In this document: in pieces, positions 50,481 to 64,000 of the stretch
Layout: every line of letters starts with the position of its first letter
Numbering within the stretch: position 1 is the stretch's first letter
NCBI GenBank assembly: GCA_015680685.1
Contig: MNCI01001543.1
Location: 366,051 to 430,050 of the forward strand
Direction of reading: 5' to 3'
Source of the DNA: Gnetum montanum
Lineage: Eukaryota; Plantae; Gnetophyta
DNA: 64,000 nucleotides
Translations under genes and position numbers: made by a program
Notes under the pieces: model-generated
What the model was told of the DNA's origin: nothing
What the model saw: only the letters and a program-made list of their open reading frames with translations
Database searches by the model: none

Positions 50481-51340
50481 TGATGTATCATGTTTTGACT
50501 AGCTTTGATATCGGAGCCTTGACATTAGATACCTAATGTCAGAACCCAGGATGTGATGTCAAATATCAAATATCACAGCGTAAATGCTGGCCTATAAATA
50601 TAGTGCTTGGGCTCATGATTTGGATGTTCGTTTTTGTCATAGATAGCAATGCTCTTGTAGTTTGTTTTTTCTAGAGTTTGAATATTTTCTAAGTGCCCAA
50701 AGCAAGAGTCTAAGTGTGTATGGATCTTTGTTTGAAGACTAATGTACCTAAGCACAACAGTGTGATGGTAATAAAAACAAATCCTTTTGATCATGCTTGT
50801 AGCAATAAGAATAGATTAATGTTTTCTTGATGCATTTAATATTCATGCATTTTATTTTCATGCACTTATCTTTAATGCACTTTAATTAAGAAATTAATTT
50901 TTAGTTGTTAATGAACACAAGCATGACCACCTCAAGCATACATGTAGCACTTTGTAACCTAGAAACACTTAATGTTTGGTAACCAAGCAGGACTATATGT
51001 GTTTAGGATGTGTCCAGGAAAGTGGAATGAGTAATTGTGTTAAGCTAGCTAGGTAGTACATAAATTAGATCCTAAATTACTCTACCTTTGATTATTGTTG
51101 TAGGTGATTAAACTTAAAAAACATAAAATGATAAAAACTATGTGCTTCAATTATACTTAAATAATATACTTAAGCTTCACAAGTGTAGTTGGAAAGATAA
51201 TGAATGTTCTCAATGTCCATCTCACTTCCTAGAGGAAGTAGTGCATTGGAAAACTATAGGTCCATGAAATTCGATCAGATTGAACATGAACAGCTTAGTG
51301 ATTTATATGATTGGGTGTAGGGGTACCTCATCACTCATCA
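50481..51340 (+). repeat. 3' LTR of element D (860 bp)
   Basis: Direct repeat of the 5' LTR; retains CTATAAATA ~50592. Confidence 0.92.
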
Positions 51341-52868
51341 CTAATGTAGGTTTTCTCAATATTTTATGGTTTCGAGCCCATCCATGCCTACAACAAAGAT
51401 GGTGAACATCATGGACTCCTTTGACAAAGGAGTTAATAACTTCTTCTCTCATGTTTATGGTGTACCTGTTACTTTGACCATTAATGAATCTACATTCAAT
51501 GACCTCTTTGGCATATCTTGTGATGACATGAAAGGTGATACAAAGGTTGGCAAAGAGGTGAATCACAGGGAGGTGGTGGAAGAAAGGTTGAACACTCATC
51601 ATGATAGTGGTGATTTATCTCTAGACTAGTGCTAGGTCATAGAGGCTAACGAGATCTATCCATTATTCTGTTCTAGGATGTGTCCCATGTTACTATCATA
51701 AAAAAATGATCCTTGGCATTCGACAAAATTGGACCATGAAGAAGGTCCTCACTGAGGATGGTCAATTAAACTAGGTTGCTCACTTAGTCTCTGGGCTATA
51801 GGATGAGATTCTAAAATTTCAGAACAACCTTGAGATGATATGCCATATGCATTTTTCATTTTTTGTAGCATATCCAAGGAGGTTTTCTGAATTCTTGGTG
51901 ATTAAGAAAGATAAAAAATGGATAAGTTATGATCCATCCCAATTTTCTAAACCTTGGATAAAGCACATTATTCTACCCATGAGAGTTCAGAATCCACCAT
52001 AGGAGAATATTGAGGATTTGCTATCTTTTATCACAAAAATATTTAGTGGTGTACATTATCCTTTCCTTGATAGCATGGGGGTGAAACCCCATATTTCCAA
52101 CAAAAATGCTAAGAAGACCAAGGATTTGTGTGTAGAGGTTGATGGTGTAGCCAAAGAAAAGTTGAAGTGGCCACTCGTTGACAAGACTATTATGATTATG
52201 GAGTAGGTAGCAAAGAAAAAGATCTCCCTTAGGATTGGTCCAACACATAAAAGTTTTCTAAGGTATGTTTTAGTTGCATTTTTTTTATTTTTTAGTGCCT
52301 TGGTCTTTGTAATTTTTTTTACATTTTTTATGTTATGTTGTATGTATGTTTATGTTATTATATTATTTTTAGGTAAAACTATTCACTTGTTTAACATTCT
52401 ATCCTTGTCATTCCTATAGGTAAAGCTTAAGAACTTGTAGCCCAAGCCATAGCAAATGTAGAGAGAAAGAAACAAGAGGAGGAGACACTAAGGCAACAAG
52501 AGGGAGTAGAATCAATTTCAAATCAAGCATTAGAGGCCTTGGATGCCATATTTGAACACTCAAAATTTGATGACAAGCCTCAAGTTGACATCACCCATTG
52601 TCTTCTAGGTATTTTTGAATTTTATTTTATGTGTTGTATTTTATAGTTTTATGTTTGAGTTGGTTTTCGTTTTTTCATTAATTGTTATACTTGTTGCAGT
52701 GCCTGAACCCCTTCCTAAAGCATCAACCTCCACATTTGATATGAAATCATGGGTAGAGGTTCTTGACAAGATAGTGTTCATGCATGATATGGTTGAAGAC
52801 ATGGTTAATTGGTTGCAAAATATCGTTCTTGATGTTGGTAAGAACAATAGCATATTTGACTATTTTGT

Positions 52869-52895
<27 letters not shown>
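52869..52895 (+). repeat. (TA)n microsatellite in intron 6 of the E antisense gene
   Basis: About 13 TA units. Confidence 0.9.
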
Positions 52896-52900
<5 letters not shown>

Positions 52901-54899
52901 ATTTTTTAATGTTTTATGATTATATTAACTTAGTTTTTTAAAAGGATGTTTTGTCTATTTTTGTTGATTACTTATTATCTTTATTTTTTGTTTTACTATT
53001 TTTTTATTTATAGTGCCCAAGGTAGGATGGGATCTAGAACATGATGTTGAGCTTGATGGGCTACCTAAGCTAGCATATGAAGTGGAAAATGTTCCATGAA
53101 GGTTACATGAGAGTGCCACTGAATGTGTTCTCTCATGTGCCAAGACTTCATGGAATATTCAACATTCCAATTAATTCCTTTAGGAGAGAGTTGTAGCATT
53201 GGAAAAAGAGACAAAATAGTAGGCTAAGAAGATCAAAGATCTTAGGAACCATGAAAATTTTGTGGAGGCTCATGTAGCCAATAGAGGTTCCTTGTGCACC
53301 AAGGATATAGAATGGTCACATTACTAGAACACCATCCATAGCAAGGTTGCACTGGCTAAGAGCACTGTCAAACAAAAGATTCAAATGGACCTATTGGTAC
53401 AAAATATTAAAGACTAGTGGGACTACTATGCTTAGGTCCTTAATTGGGGAAAAATAGAAAAGGACCACAAGTACAAGGACAAAAAAGAAAGTTATCATAA
53501 GTAGTTGCAGAAGGAGGCTAAAACGAGCCACAAGTTAGAGATGTTTGCATAGGGGATTAATGCAAAGGAGGCCTTTAAGTTTTTTGAAGGCTCTTTAATT
53601 TTGTTTGATTTTTCACCCCTTTAGATTACTACTACTTCAAGGGAGGAAACCATTGTCATCCTTTCATAAGAGCCTACATCAATGATAGATATTAAGAAGA
53701 TGAACACCATGATAGGTGTAAACCTTGGAGTAGAAGACTAGATAGACATGAACGAAGAACAAATTATTCACATTAGAGGTTGTTCTTTAGAAATTTTCTC
53801 TAGAAGACCTCACACTAGAACCTTCACAAGTTTGTGTTTTATTTTAAGTTTTCATTTTAATATATTTTAGTTTTATTTATAGTTTAATTTTTGGTTATGT
53901 TGATTACTAATTAAGTTGTTGTTTTATGTTTTATTTTTGTTTGTTTGTTATGGTGTAGGCACTAGGTGATGGTAGTGGCCCTAGTGGCCATAATGATGAT
54001 GATGCACCTCCTCCTCCTCCTCTAGAAATTTTGCCTTAGTTCAACGAGTTTTATCATGTTTTTGGTCATTTTTAGTTATGATGTTGATTGCTATTATTTG
54101 TTATTGGCTATTCAGAGCTATTGGAAACTATGGGATATTTTTTCATTGTTCATTTTAGTATTTCATAGTGCAACCATGGCTTTTGGACTTATCTATTTTT
54201 AATATTGTTATCATGGTTATTAAACTTTTTTTTGTTTGTCACACTTTGTGACCATGGTTGTAGGCTTGGAAATTTGGTTATATGTTTTTATTTTTTTTCC
54301 TATGTTTTAGTATTTTTAGTTTTATGTATTTCATGTATGCTATGTCTTGCTCATGTTATAAGGCTATGTTGGTTAAAACATAAAGTTATAAGGCAACAAT
54401 TGGTAAAGTATAAAATGTAAAGTGATTAGGCAAACAAAGTGCAAAATGAGGCATAATGTCTATAGTGAAAATAAGAAAGAAAAAGGTTGTAAATACATTG
54501 TTAGTTTAAGGTCTTATCATGCTACCAATTTAAGACCTTGGTAGGCCATAGAAAAAATTTTGTAACATTTTCAGGTTTTAAAATTATTATGGATTTTTCA
54601 AGTTTTAAGAATTTTTATGGTATTTTTATATTTGAAAAGGTAAAGTATAAAAGAAAAAAGGTAAATAATAAATAAGAATAAGTTGTAAACTATGTGCTAA
54701 AACAAGGCAATATATGTTAAATAAAAATGATACAAGTAAACAAAGTTTAAACTGGGCTAAGAAAGTAAAAGAAAAGGATACATAGTTATCGACATAGGGG
54801 CAAGCGAGTACAAAACATACATCAATCACACAACTATTTCCTAATCTTTGAGAGATTATCCATTGAAAAATCTTATACTCCCCATTCCCCTTGCTAACC

Positions 54900-57800
54900 A
54901 TGTTGAATAGGAGCTCTTCCCATGGTGCATCCATGATTTGATTATTATTTGTTTTAGCCTCGTCTACTTTATTGAGTTTTTCAACTTCATTCTTAATAGT
55001 AGGAGTTTCTTCCTAAAATTATATGTTGGACCATTACTCTATGTCAACATTATTAATGGCTAAGGGAATAATGTGGTTGCCATGAATAATTATTTTACCT
55101 TCCTGATAAGGTAGATGAATTTCTTGATGGATGTGTGAGGAAACAACTTGTAATTGAGCTAGAGGTTAAATCTTGGTGTCTCTTCCACCACCAATAATTT
55201 GGTTGTTATGGGGAATTAATTCCCTACTATGAAGGCTAAAAGAATAAAGCCTTTTACCACAACCTATGATCCATTAAAGGATTTGTAGAAGTAGAAGTAT
55301 TTTACATGTGCTTCACTAGACCTTACTATTTGACAGTAACATAAGGTATAACGTTGGTTGTTGCTCCATCATCAATGTGTACCCTATGCACCTTGTATTA
55401 CCCCACCCTTATTGTTATGAAGAGAGGATCCCTTATTGTCTTGCTATCTTGGAGGTTGGTTTTGACTTCACTATTATGAAACACCAGTGTACTTGACATT
55501 GTTTCTCTCCTAGGTGAGGGTGGTACCATGATTGCATGGATCGAATCTTCATTGGCAGGTATGCCCTCACTAATGGGAATCAAAATCAACATCTTTAATA
55601 GGGCTTTGTGGTGAGAAAAAGAAGTCATTACTAGGTCATATAGGCTTAACAAAGTGTTCTCTCATTTTAATGATTATTTCACTTGTTCCATTAGCTATTG
55701 ATTTCTCAATTTTATTGATCTTGACTTCCTCCATTTGACCTAGGATGTGAACTTTGTGTCATAAGGTTTGTGGTTTGGTCACCTTTCCATTCTCTTGTTG
55801 CTTGTAGTCCTTCCTTGGTTGATTGGTTAAGGTGGTTTAAGTGTTAGAGTTCATAGGAATGGTTAAAATGGTTGTGGACTTTGGTGGACCCACCTCCTTT
55901 CAAGGCTTTGCCTGCTTTTTTTTATTTAGCCTTGGGTTTTAACGTAGACTTCTTGCATTGTTTGTTAGGTGATTTCCTATTTTTGGGCTCTAAAGAAGTC
56001 ATTGCATTGGTCACCAGGAAGAACATTGATTGGTTGGATTGCAATTTTGATTATGATGAGAGGGGACACTCTAATCACGGAGAGTTCCTTGGGAGGTGCC
56101 AGTGATGGTGTTATTACAATAAGAGGAGTCCTTAAACTAGATGAAGTTGAAGGGCCCCTTTCATTGCGAGAAGGTACCTTAATCACAAACAACTACCTAG
56201 CAAGTCCTTGATTGTTGCTAACATTAAATGCTAGTATTTTGTATGGACTATTATTGGCATTCAATGGGTCTTTTTACACCTACATTGATTGGTTTTGTGA
56301 CCTAACTAGAATTGGGGCATCAAGCACTAGCTCTCCATTATCTATCATCTTTTATAGGTCATCCTTTAATGCTACATAAAAATTAGTTTCATGACCTCGA
56401 AACTGATGATAGTGGCAAAAAAGGTCAAGTTTAAAGTACTTTGGTACTAGTGGATCATCCCTAGTTGCCAGAGTGGATCCTTAGAGATTTTGATAATCGA
56501 TCATGCCTCTTGTAGACATTCTTAGTCATCTATTTGTACTAGATTTGATTGCTTTTGAGAAATTGGTGAAGGAGCTTTGATGGTTTCAATGGAAACTTAG
56601 TGTAATTAGATCAATCTTTCCTCTTGAAGTTAGGCCTCATATGGTTTGATGTAGATTCCCTTGATGTTGATGTTTGATTGGTTATGGTAGGTGCCTTGGG
56701 TTGACTTGTTTTAGGCTCATATGAAGTCTTTTTTTCTTTAGCCACAGTGGCCATGGCTACATGCTTTTGTTTCCCACTCTCCCTATTCTTTTTAATGTGT
56801 TGGTTTTTGTATGCTACATATGTGAGGTCATGGTTGGCCTCAACAACATCCTCTATGTCTTAGTTTGTGAGAAAGCTTGGCTAAGGAACCAGAGGTCTAG
56901 ACAGTATAGTTTAGATTTGAGGAAATTATTGATTGTCCCCTTGGGGATGGCCATAAGTTGTATTTTAGGTATAGGTTTAGGAATCTCGTTAAGTAGAGCA
57001 TTCCATTATTGGATAAACTTCTAAATAGGTTCAAGAGACCACTATTTTATTTTCATTAATTGGTCTAGGATGATGTTTGGTTTCAAGTTATACTTGAAAT
57101 GATTCACAGACTATGAAATTAAGTCTTTTAGTAAGGCAATAGATCCTCTAGGCAATGCATAGTACCAGTCCAAGGCTTCTCGATATGAGACATAGGCAAT
57201 ATATGAGGCCAAGCCTATAGTAATAGGCACTCAAAATGGAAGATGGTGAGGTATGCATTGGGATCACTTCATTGTCGTATTTGGTGAATTGCATTATAGA
57301 AATGCGTAGGAGAAGAGTAATTTGTGGGATGACTAGACTAATAAGATTATCTTCATATAATTTTATTATTTTAACAATCTATGAAATTGAAGCTTTAAGC
57401 TTGTGTAGCTCTTATGTGAGGCCTTAGATCATTTGGAAGGCCTGATCCTAGCCTTGAGGCACTCTAGCAAGTTAAGGACTCTAATACAAATGGTTGTGAA
57501 ATGAGTTGGAAGGCTCGTGGCCTTGTGATGGGCAATGTTAGGAATAGCAAAGGTTGAGTTATCATTGTCATTAGGGGGCTAAATAATGAGAAAGATATTC
57601 ATGTAGGTATTTGGGAAACAAAGAGGGAAAACAATGTATGCAATGCTTGGATCACTTGGGGTCCCACAAGGATGGAAAAAGGATGATTCATTGTGAAACC
57701 ATGGGTGATGGACACATGAAATGGGGTTGTGTAGCAAATGGCATGGATGAGAAGAGTGAGGTTAACTAAGGTATGGTTTTTCCTTGGTGGGTGGCTATGA

Positions 57801-58317
57801 TGGGAATTGACCCAAACATGGTAGGATAGGCATGAGAAGATGAAGTTTGAGGAACCTATCCTATGGAAAAGGAAAGAGAGGTTGAACTAGGCATGGTGGC
57901 CTAGGAAGCCAATTGTTAGAAAAGGCTTTCTATGAAGTTATTAGGTTTTGTTTTAGCCTCAAATTCATCATGTTCTTCATGGTGGCTCTTCAAGTTATCC
58001 TTCTCACTTTGATCATTCATCTCAATTAGTTGGGCAAGTATGTGCATGTGTATTTAAGTAAGTTTTATTTTATTGTAAGGGGAAGGGATGTACTCCTTCC
58101 CATTTCTATGAATCAACTTAAATTCATGCTTGGACTGATATTCCACATGTGGGATGAGTAGGAGAACTTGGATTTTGGCACATATGAAGTTGTAATATTC
58201 TTCATTTATGATGGAAAAATTTGGAATTTGACCCCTTTGTTTGAGCAATTGCCTACGCTCAACGACAGCTGGGTCCTTAGGATCATACACACATATGACA
58301 TCTTGGTTCGAAGCCAT
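54900..58317 (-). pseudogene. Element E gag and protease
   Basis: ORF 58054-58317 MASNQDVICVYDPKDP..; FCHYHQFRGHETNF knuckle ~56380-56420; DPLFITIRVG*YKVHRVHIDDGATTNVIPY. Confidence 0.88.
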
Positions 58318-58943
58318 GTCAATTAAGTTGATGGATAATATAGTTGATTTGCTGAAAGCATTGGCAAGATATTTAATTTTTTTTTCTAATTAAAAGTTCC
58401 AAAAGGTGAAATTGCCCAGTGGATAAGTGCTCTTGACTATGAAACTGGTAAAAACTACAACTGTAGGTGCAACGTAGGTGGCTATAATAGTGTTATTCAC
58501 TCTACTAATAAATAAAACTCAAAATTAATTAGCTTGAAATTTTTTGCATTTTGAACTATAGGTTTGCATTGCAAACTATTACTGGAAAAAATTAGTGTGA
58601 AAATGGCAAATACAATTTTTTAATTAAAAGTTTTTTGCTAGTTTTTACTCCATCTAACTTGCATTGGTAAAATTATGCTAGTTTTGGTTATTTAAAAAAG
58701 GATATGCTTATGTTTCCAGCAAGAAATATGTTGGTTTAGGCTTTGAAATAAAAGATATGTTGGGTTTCCAAACAAGAAATATGCTAGGTGTAGGGAGAGT
58801 AAGTTTTGGTTTATCTTGTTTAAAAATGTTGGTATATTTTTCCTTATGGAAAAACTATGTTCTCTTTAATGTGATGATGAAATAGTGGTAACTAATAATC
58901 AAACAAAGGTTGAACAGGGTTGGATGAAGAATCTGGGTGAAGG

Positions 58944-58960
58944 CCCTCCTTCTAGCACCA
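58944..58960 (-). promoter_or_regulatory. Primer-binding site, tRNA-Asn type (element E)
   Basis: Minus strand TGGTGCTAGAAGGAGGG. Confidence 0.88.
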
Positions 58961-58964
58961 AAAC

Positions 58965-60118
58965 TATAATATCTAAAAAGTTTAGTGTTGGAAAACTAAA
59001 AATTCCAAGTGAAATAGTTTAACTTTGAATTTCATGGGCCTTGAAAAATGGATTTGAAGCATCATAGGTGGTCTTGTATATAACCTAGGGACTTAGAAAT
59101 TATAAAATAGTTTAAGAAAATTCAATGTAAAATGTAGATCCAAACTAGGAGAAACAGGGAAATAAACTTGCACAAAGAGATGAACAGAAAATTTTATTGA
59201 TAATAATAATAATTGAAAATACAAAAGAAGTTTTGAGAAGGTACAAGTTTCATGCTCAGGAAGCATAAAATTTTATGTAGAAGAGATGTTTGGAAATTGG
59301 TGAGGCTAGTAGTCTATGTCCTATAGTCAACTACATGATCTAAATGCTCCAAAGTGATGGTCCAATAGCTCCTTGCTCTTTTTATAGTGTTGAATCTACC
59401 TAGTGAGTGTTGAAAATGGTTGCTGTGATATTGAACTTTTTGATGCTCTGTAATTCTCTAAGAGTCTCTATGCTCAATTGAATGTATATTTTCCAAATAG
59501 TTATTTTTAGGTGTTCAAATGTGATTTAAATAAGTCATGGTATTTAATTTGGTGCTGCAATTTTTTTGCCATGATTTCTAATAGATTGTTGTAATTTGTA
59601 GGTGTGGTAGGCCATCAATTCTAGCATATTTTTCTATTTATGGTAAGCTTGATGTACAAAGGCCATCAAAAATATGTTGGGTGCTATAAAAAGTATGTTG
59701 GCCTTAAGAAATATGCTACCTTCACCAAAACTATGTTGGCCTTGGAAAGATATGCTGAGTTCCATGAAAACTACATTAACCTTACTATGAAACTTAAATC
59801 CCAACAATTACTACACTGGTTGTAGGTGGTTCCATTATATTAATTACTTTGACCAACATAAAACACATGAAAAACCCAAATTTGACAACTCCCAAGATAT
59901 TTTTAGCCTTCCCAAGCCCAAATACATATATGGCATAACTTTTTGCACTTGGGAAGTGAGACAATAACAACTTATCAGGCATATTTTAACCTTAATAAGT
60001 TAAAGTATGCAATGTTGCAGCTTGTGAACTACAAACCTCACATTTTACAATAAAATCCTACCTCAAATTCAATTGTAAATGTTATGAATTACAACATGGA
60101 TTTTTCTTAGTGGTGTTT
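58965..60118 (-). repeat. 5' LTR of element E (termini decayed)
   Basis: Colinear with the F LTR and reverse-complement similar to the B LTRs. Similarity to F stops at GTGTTT ~60113-60118, where gag-like sequence of G begins. Confidence 0.7.
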
Positions 60119-63100
60119 TACTACCTTTCATTTAGAATGCCTATTGTTACAAGCTTAGTTATAAATTGTGATACATATCTTTCCTATGTACTTGTTAGGC
60201 AAAGCTCTTGACTACTATTGTACATTATCAAGAGGTTGGGTCTCCTTCCTCAATGGCTTGATAACCTAATTTTTCAATCACTTTAAATATAATCTAAAGA
60301 TTGATACAACATTGGACCAACTCATGAAAGAGAGGAAGGGGCTACTTGAACCAATTCAACGGTTTATTCATAGATGAAATGAAATGCTTATGAGATTCTA
60401 GAGTCCATCTTTGAGATCCATTTGCTAGCCATTTTTAAAGGAGTGGTTAATGATTTGGTCATTTAGCCAAGCCTTTTTTCAAATCAAGAACATAGAAGAT
60501 GCAACAAAAGCTAGCAATAACCCAACATATGTAGCCTATATGAACCAACACATGAGAAGGGATAGGAATAAGAATAAGCTAGAACAAGAAACTATGGCTA
60601 TAGTAGAAAAAGACACAAAACAAGCAAAAAGATGAAAATCATGACCATGCAACACATATTTTGATTCATCTCAGTCATTTACTTCATATGCTTTTAACCA
60701 TCTAAGACCTAACTTTAAGTATAAGGATAGATCTACGTATGTAATGCTACCAATGAGGTCCTCTAAGATTCTAGAATAGTTTCTTAGAAACAACTATATT
60801 CAACATAAGATACTATCTAAGGACACTTGTAAGAGATATGATCATCTTTATGAAATAACTAGAGATCTAATCGTAGCAATCAAATATAATAAAAAACTAT
60901 CAAAATATTTCAAGCTTGATAGATTTTGACACTATCACCAATTTTTTGGTCATGATACCAATTTCTTATTAGCCCTAAAGGATGACCTCAAGAAGATGAT
61001 TGATCATGGAGAGTTAGTGTTGAATGAATCGAACCTTACAAACACTAACAATGATCCTTATACCATAGCCTTGTTTACAACATCTACTCTATCTAGCCCT
61101 CCTAGGAAACCATTTATCATCAAGGCATTGGCAGCTAGCATTTGGTCATAGGACCTCAAGGCTAAAATGCCATTGATTATATGGGTATCCTCATTCCTGG
61201 TTTCCAAAGAGCCTTTTTTTATATGTGTTTCACCTTTATTGGCATCAACGTCATGATCCAAACAAAGTGTTATCAACTCCTCTAAGGATAGAGAACCCTT
61301 TGTTGTTAAGGTGCCTCTACCATCCACAAGCAAAATTTCCATAAACTGTGACTAATGCTCACTCATTGTGGCCAATAACTTAACACTATCATCATTAATT
61401 AATAAGAAATCATTGTAACAATAGTGAAAAAAACAACCTATCATTAGGCGACATAATAAGCAATCTAATCCACTAAAACCTATGTCAAGATTAGCCCTAC
61501 CTATGAACTCCATTGCTCAAACTACTTTAACCAATCAACCAAAAGAGAATACATATAAAGTATGAGTAAGGGGACCAAACAACACACACAAGAACATGAG
61601 CTAATAATTCTAGGAAGAATGGAGGAAATTAAGACTACCAAGAATGAAAGATCATATGCTAATGAAAAGAATTTTCTCATTACAATGGAACAACCTAAAT
61701 GATCATTGGAACAAAAGAACACATCATTGAACCTATATAAGATAGTCATAATCTTCCTTGCTTATAGAGACACAATAGTTCAAATGTTGATCTCTATTCC
61801 TGTGAGTGGAGACATGCCAACTAACAAAGAATCCATTCACTCTATCATTGAACAAACTCTACTCAGAGAAAACAAGCATCAACCCATGTTTACCTTTCAT
61901 GACAAGGAAGTGAAAATTAATCCACAAAATGAAAAATGGCTATATGATCCTCTCTTCATTACCATGCATGTTAGCAAGTATAAGATTCATCATGCTCATG
62001 TGAATGAGGAGGTAGCAACCAATGTAATACTATTTATCATTGTTGAACAATTAGGGCTAACTAAAAACATACATGAAATCTCTACCTCCATGCTCAAGTC
62101 ATTTAATGGATTGCAAGTATCCATATGAGGTTCTATCTCATTAGACTTTTTATCCAGGGAATAGTTTCCCATGTTCACTAATTTCCTAGTGGTTGAAGAA
62201 ACAACTAGTTTTAACTTGATCCTAGGAGGACCATGGTTAGCAAAGCTTTGAGAAATCTCATATCCTATATACTAGGAGATTTACTTGCCATATGATGATG
62301 GTGAAATTATAATTTGTGGGGATAACATGTGTTTACCATTTGTTAATAATGTCAACATTGAATGAGGATCAAAAGTGGATTCTTAAGATGTAGTTCATGA
62401 TACTTAAGTTAGGGCAAAGAACAACAACATTAACATTACTAACTCTATAGAATTACATGACAAACAAGAACACCTAATACTTGCCATATCAAACAAGAAG
62501 AATGATGAACATAAGATAATGTAATAAGGGTTCCTTTATTTCTAGAAGATCAAGTACAAAATTCACAATCAATTCATCCCTTCTTTTATCAATGAGCATT
62601 TGTTTACTTTTGTAGCCTTAGATCATTTTTTAACATTTATTTTATTTTAGTATTCTCTTTTAAAATTTTCATATGCTTGCTAAACGGGTGATACCATGGC
62701 CTACTAGGGCCTAAAATTGGTAAACCATGACCTACTAAGGCCTAAAATTGATGAAACCATGGTCTACCAAGGCCTAAAACTAGCAACACAATGGTCTTTT
62801 AGGGCCTAAAATTGGTGAATCTGTGACCTCTCTTTCTTTTCCTTGAATATACATTTGTAGCCTATTTGCTTAATAGCATTGTTTGTAGTGTTTACTTATA
62901 TTTTTACTCTTTGTTTCACAATTTCCTGCTATAACATCATGTTTCCAAGTCTTAATTTATTACCTCATTTCACACTTTTACTTTAACTTAGAACATACAT
63001 TTATTTTTTATGTTTGCATACAAACATAAAATATAAAAAACAAAAAAAATAAAATTAAGGCTAAGAACATCATAGAACATGAAACCAAATTTTGATACCA

Positions 63101-64000
63101 TGAGCTTGAGTATACTCAATACCATGATCATAGCCATAGTTACACTATGTAACGAATAACTAAAATACATAGTTCTAAAATTACAATGGCTAATAAAATA
63201 GAAATAGCCATGTTGCCATAACAATATCACAAAAGTAATAACAAGTTCATCATCATAATTAGTAGCCAAAGTAAACCATAGGTGGTGGTGGAGGAGGAAT
63301 ATTACTAAAACCATCATCATCACCATCCAGGACTTGCAAACAATAAAACATTCCAACATCAGTAATCATAGTAGCCTCATACATAGCCATATAACAATAA
63401 AAAACAAGAAAACAAAAACAAAAATAATCTTAAGAATGGAAACATTGACATGAAAAATAAAATAGAAAATAAGCCAAGCATATAAGCATAACTACAATTG
63501 CAATCTAAAGAAATATTTAACTTTTATGCATCTCATTTGACATAGAAAAATCAAATTTGACACTTTATTAAACACTTTATCATGAAAAAAAATATTAAAA
63601 TTTTTTTAGAAAATAGATGTAATAGTTTAATATTATGAAAACTAAGTTTGAAATTTTGTCAAATAGTTGAGATACAAAACTAAAAATAGGCATCTTCACA
63701 AATAGTTGACATAAAACAAAATGTTCATAAAAACAGGTGATCAAATTTGATAGCGCTAAGGGTTGTAGAGTAGAAAAATAATAAAAATAATAGCTTAAGA
63801 GCTAGAATAATATAAAACATTGAGAATTAGGAGATAATGAGGTAGAAAACACTAGATTTTTTTGATATTGAAGGCTCATATGCTACCAATCCTTCCCCAC
63901 AAAAATCCCAAAAGTGCTAAAATGCTATCCTATCAAGCATGGAAAACAAAAAACACTACTCTTGTAGAACCAAGTATCAAACACATTGACCACAAGGTCA
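60119..64000 (+). mobile_element. Element G: highly decayed Tat-like element (gag 3' part, protease, start of spacer)
   Basis: TFHLECLLLQA..IFPMYLLGKALDYY; HYHQFFGHDTNF; DPLFITMHV..HAHVNEEVATNVI; FNLILGGPWL; GGCC array 62686-62820. Confidence 0.85.
62686..62820 (+). repeat. ~32-bp GGCC-rich tandem array (4 copies) after protease in element G
   Basis: CCATGGCCTACTAAGGCCTAAAATTGG-type units, same motif as 27442-27648. Confidence 0.88.

Larger units (their letters stand above)
41548..51340 (+). mobile_element. Element D: full-length but decayed Athila-like LTR retrotransposon, related to C
   Basis: LTRs 41548-42317 and 50481-51340 (TGATG..CTCATCA). TSD CCAAT/CTAAT. Decayed tRNA-Asp-type PBS TAGCACCATTGTTGGGGG at 42319-42336. 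PPT-like TTGTGGAGG before the 3' LTR. Confidence 0.93.
38930..54040 (+). pseudogene. Antisense 8-exon accessory gene inside element E (homolog of 1617-6450), exon 4 split by element D
   Basis: Exons 38930-39054, 40355-40807, ~40884-41153, 41405-41547+51346-52262, 52420-52608, 52700-52837, 53014-~53829, 53959-~54040. ORF 40224-40805 contains KSILVVFELVGLLC..IFLRILVKELRYFILNHFSMILW..KLFHIW..YNANNTLMIGHH..QNP. Confidence 0.85.
34618..60118 (-). mobile_element. Element E: Tat-like retrotransposon, interrupted by D and cut in RNase H by B
   Basis: LTR ~58965-60118, PBS 58944-58960, gag from 58317, protease HIDDG ~55370, ~9 kb spacer (excluding D) with the antisense gene, RT-RH 36111-34618. Confidence 0.88.

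Noticed and set aside
54205-54934. Short F/L/I-rich ORFs here and at 62988-63359, 32281-32611 and 14414-14668
   Set aside because: Products of AT-rich UTR, intron or LTR sequence with no conservation between homologous elements.
60135-60150. TGCCTA as the E LTR terminus by analogy with A (GTGCCTACA)
   Set aside because: It translates as gag ECLLLQA, homologous to B gag; the LTR boundary is further left (~60118).

Overview
Land-plant heterochromatin-like DNA made almost entirely of nested, decayed Ty3/gypsy LTR retrotransposons. I see no host gene, RNA gene or intact ORF; most stop codons look like C>T/G>A decay at CG/CHG sites. Seven elements can be resolved. Five are Tat/Ogre-like: A (1-12374, -), F (LTR+PBS+5'UTR only, ~12494-14326, -), B (~14327-34617, +), E (34618-~60118, -) and G (~60119-64000, +); A, B, E and F show a tRNA-Asn PBS. 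Two are Athila-like, with paired LTRs, 5-bp TSDs and a tRNA-Asp-type PBS: C (16673-24782, inside B gag) and D (41548-51340, inside E). The apparent nesting order is G > E > B > F > A, with the left-hand remainders outside the window. Main finding: in the Tat-like elements, pol is split between protease and RT by a 5.5-9 kb intron-like spacer. In A and E this spacer carries an antisense 8-exon gene with conserved exon lengths and splice positions. Its product has an FCP1/NIF (HAD, CTD-phosphatase-like) domain lacking the catalytic aspartates in both copies, then a transposon-accessory-like domain, an acidic tract and a coiled coil. The non-coding parts of these elements carry many copies of a CG-containing, often palindromic CTACGCT-core motif and a conserved GGCC-rich ~32-bp array. 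All domain calls are by-eye motif recognition, not database hits.
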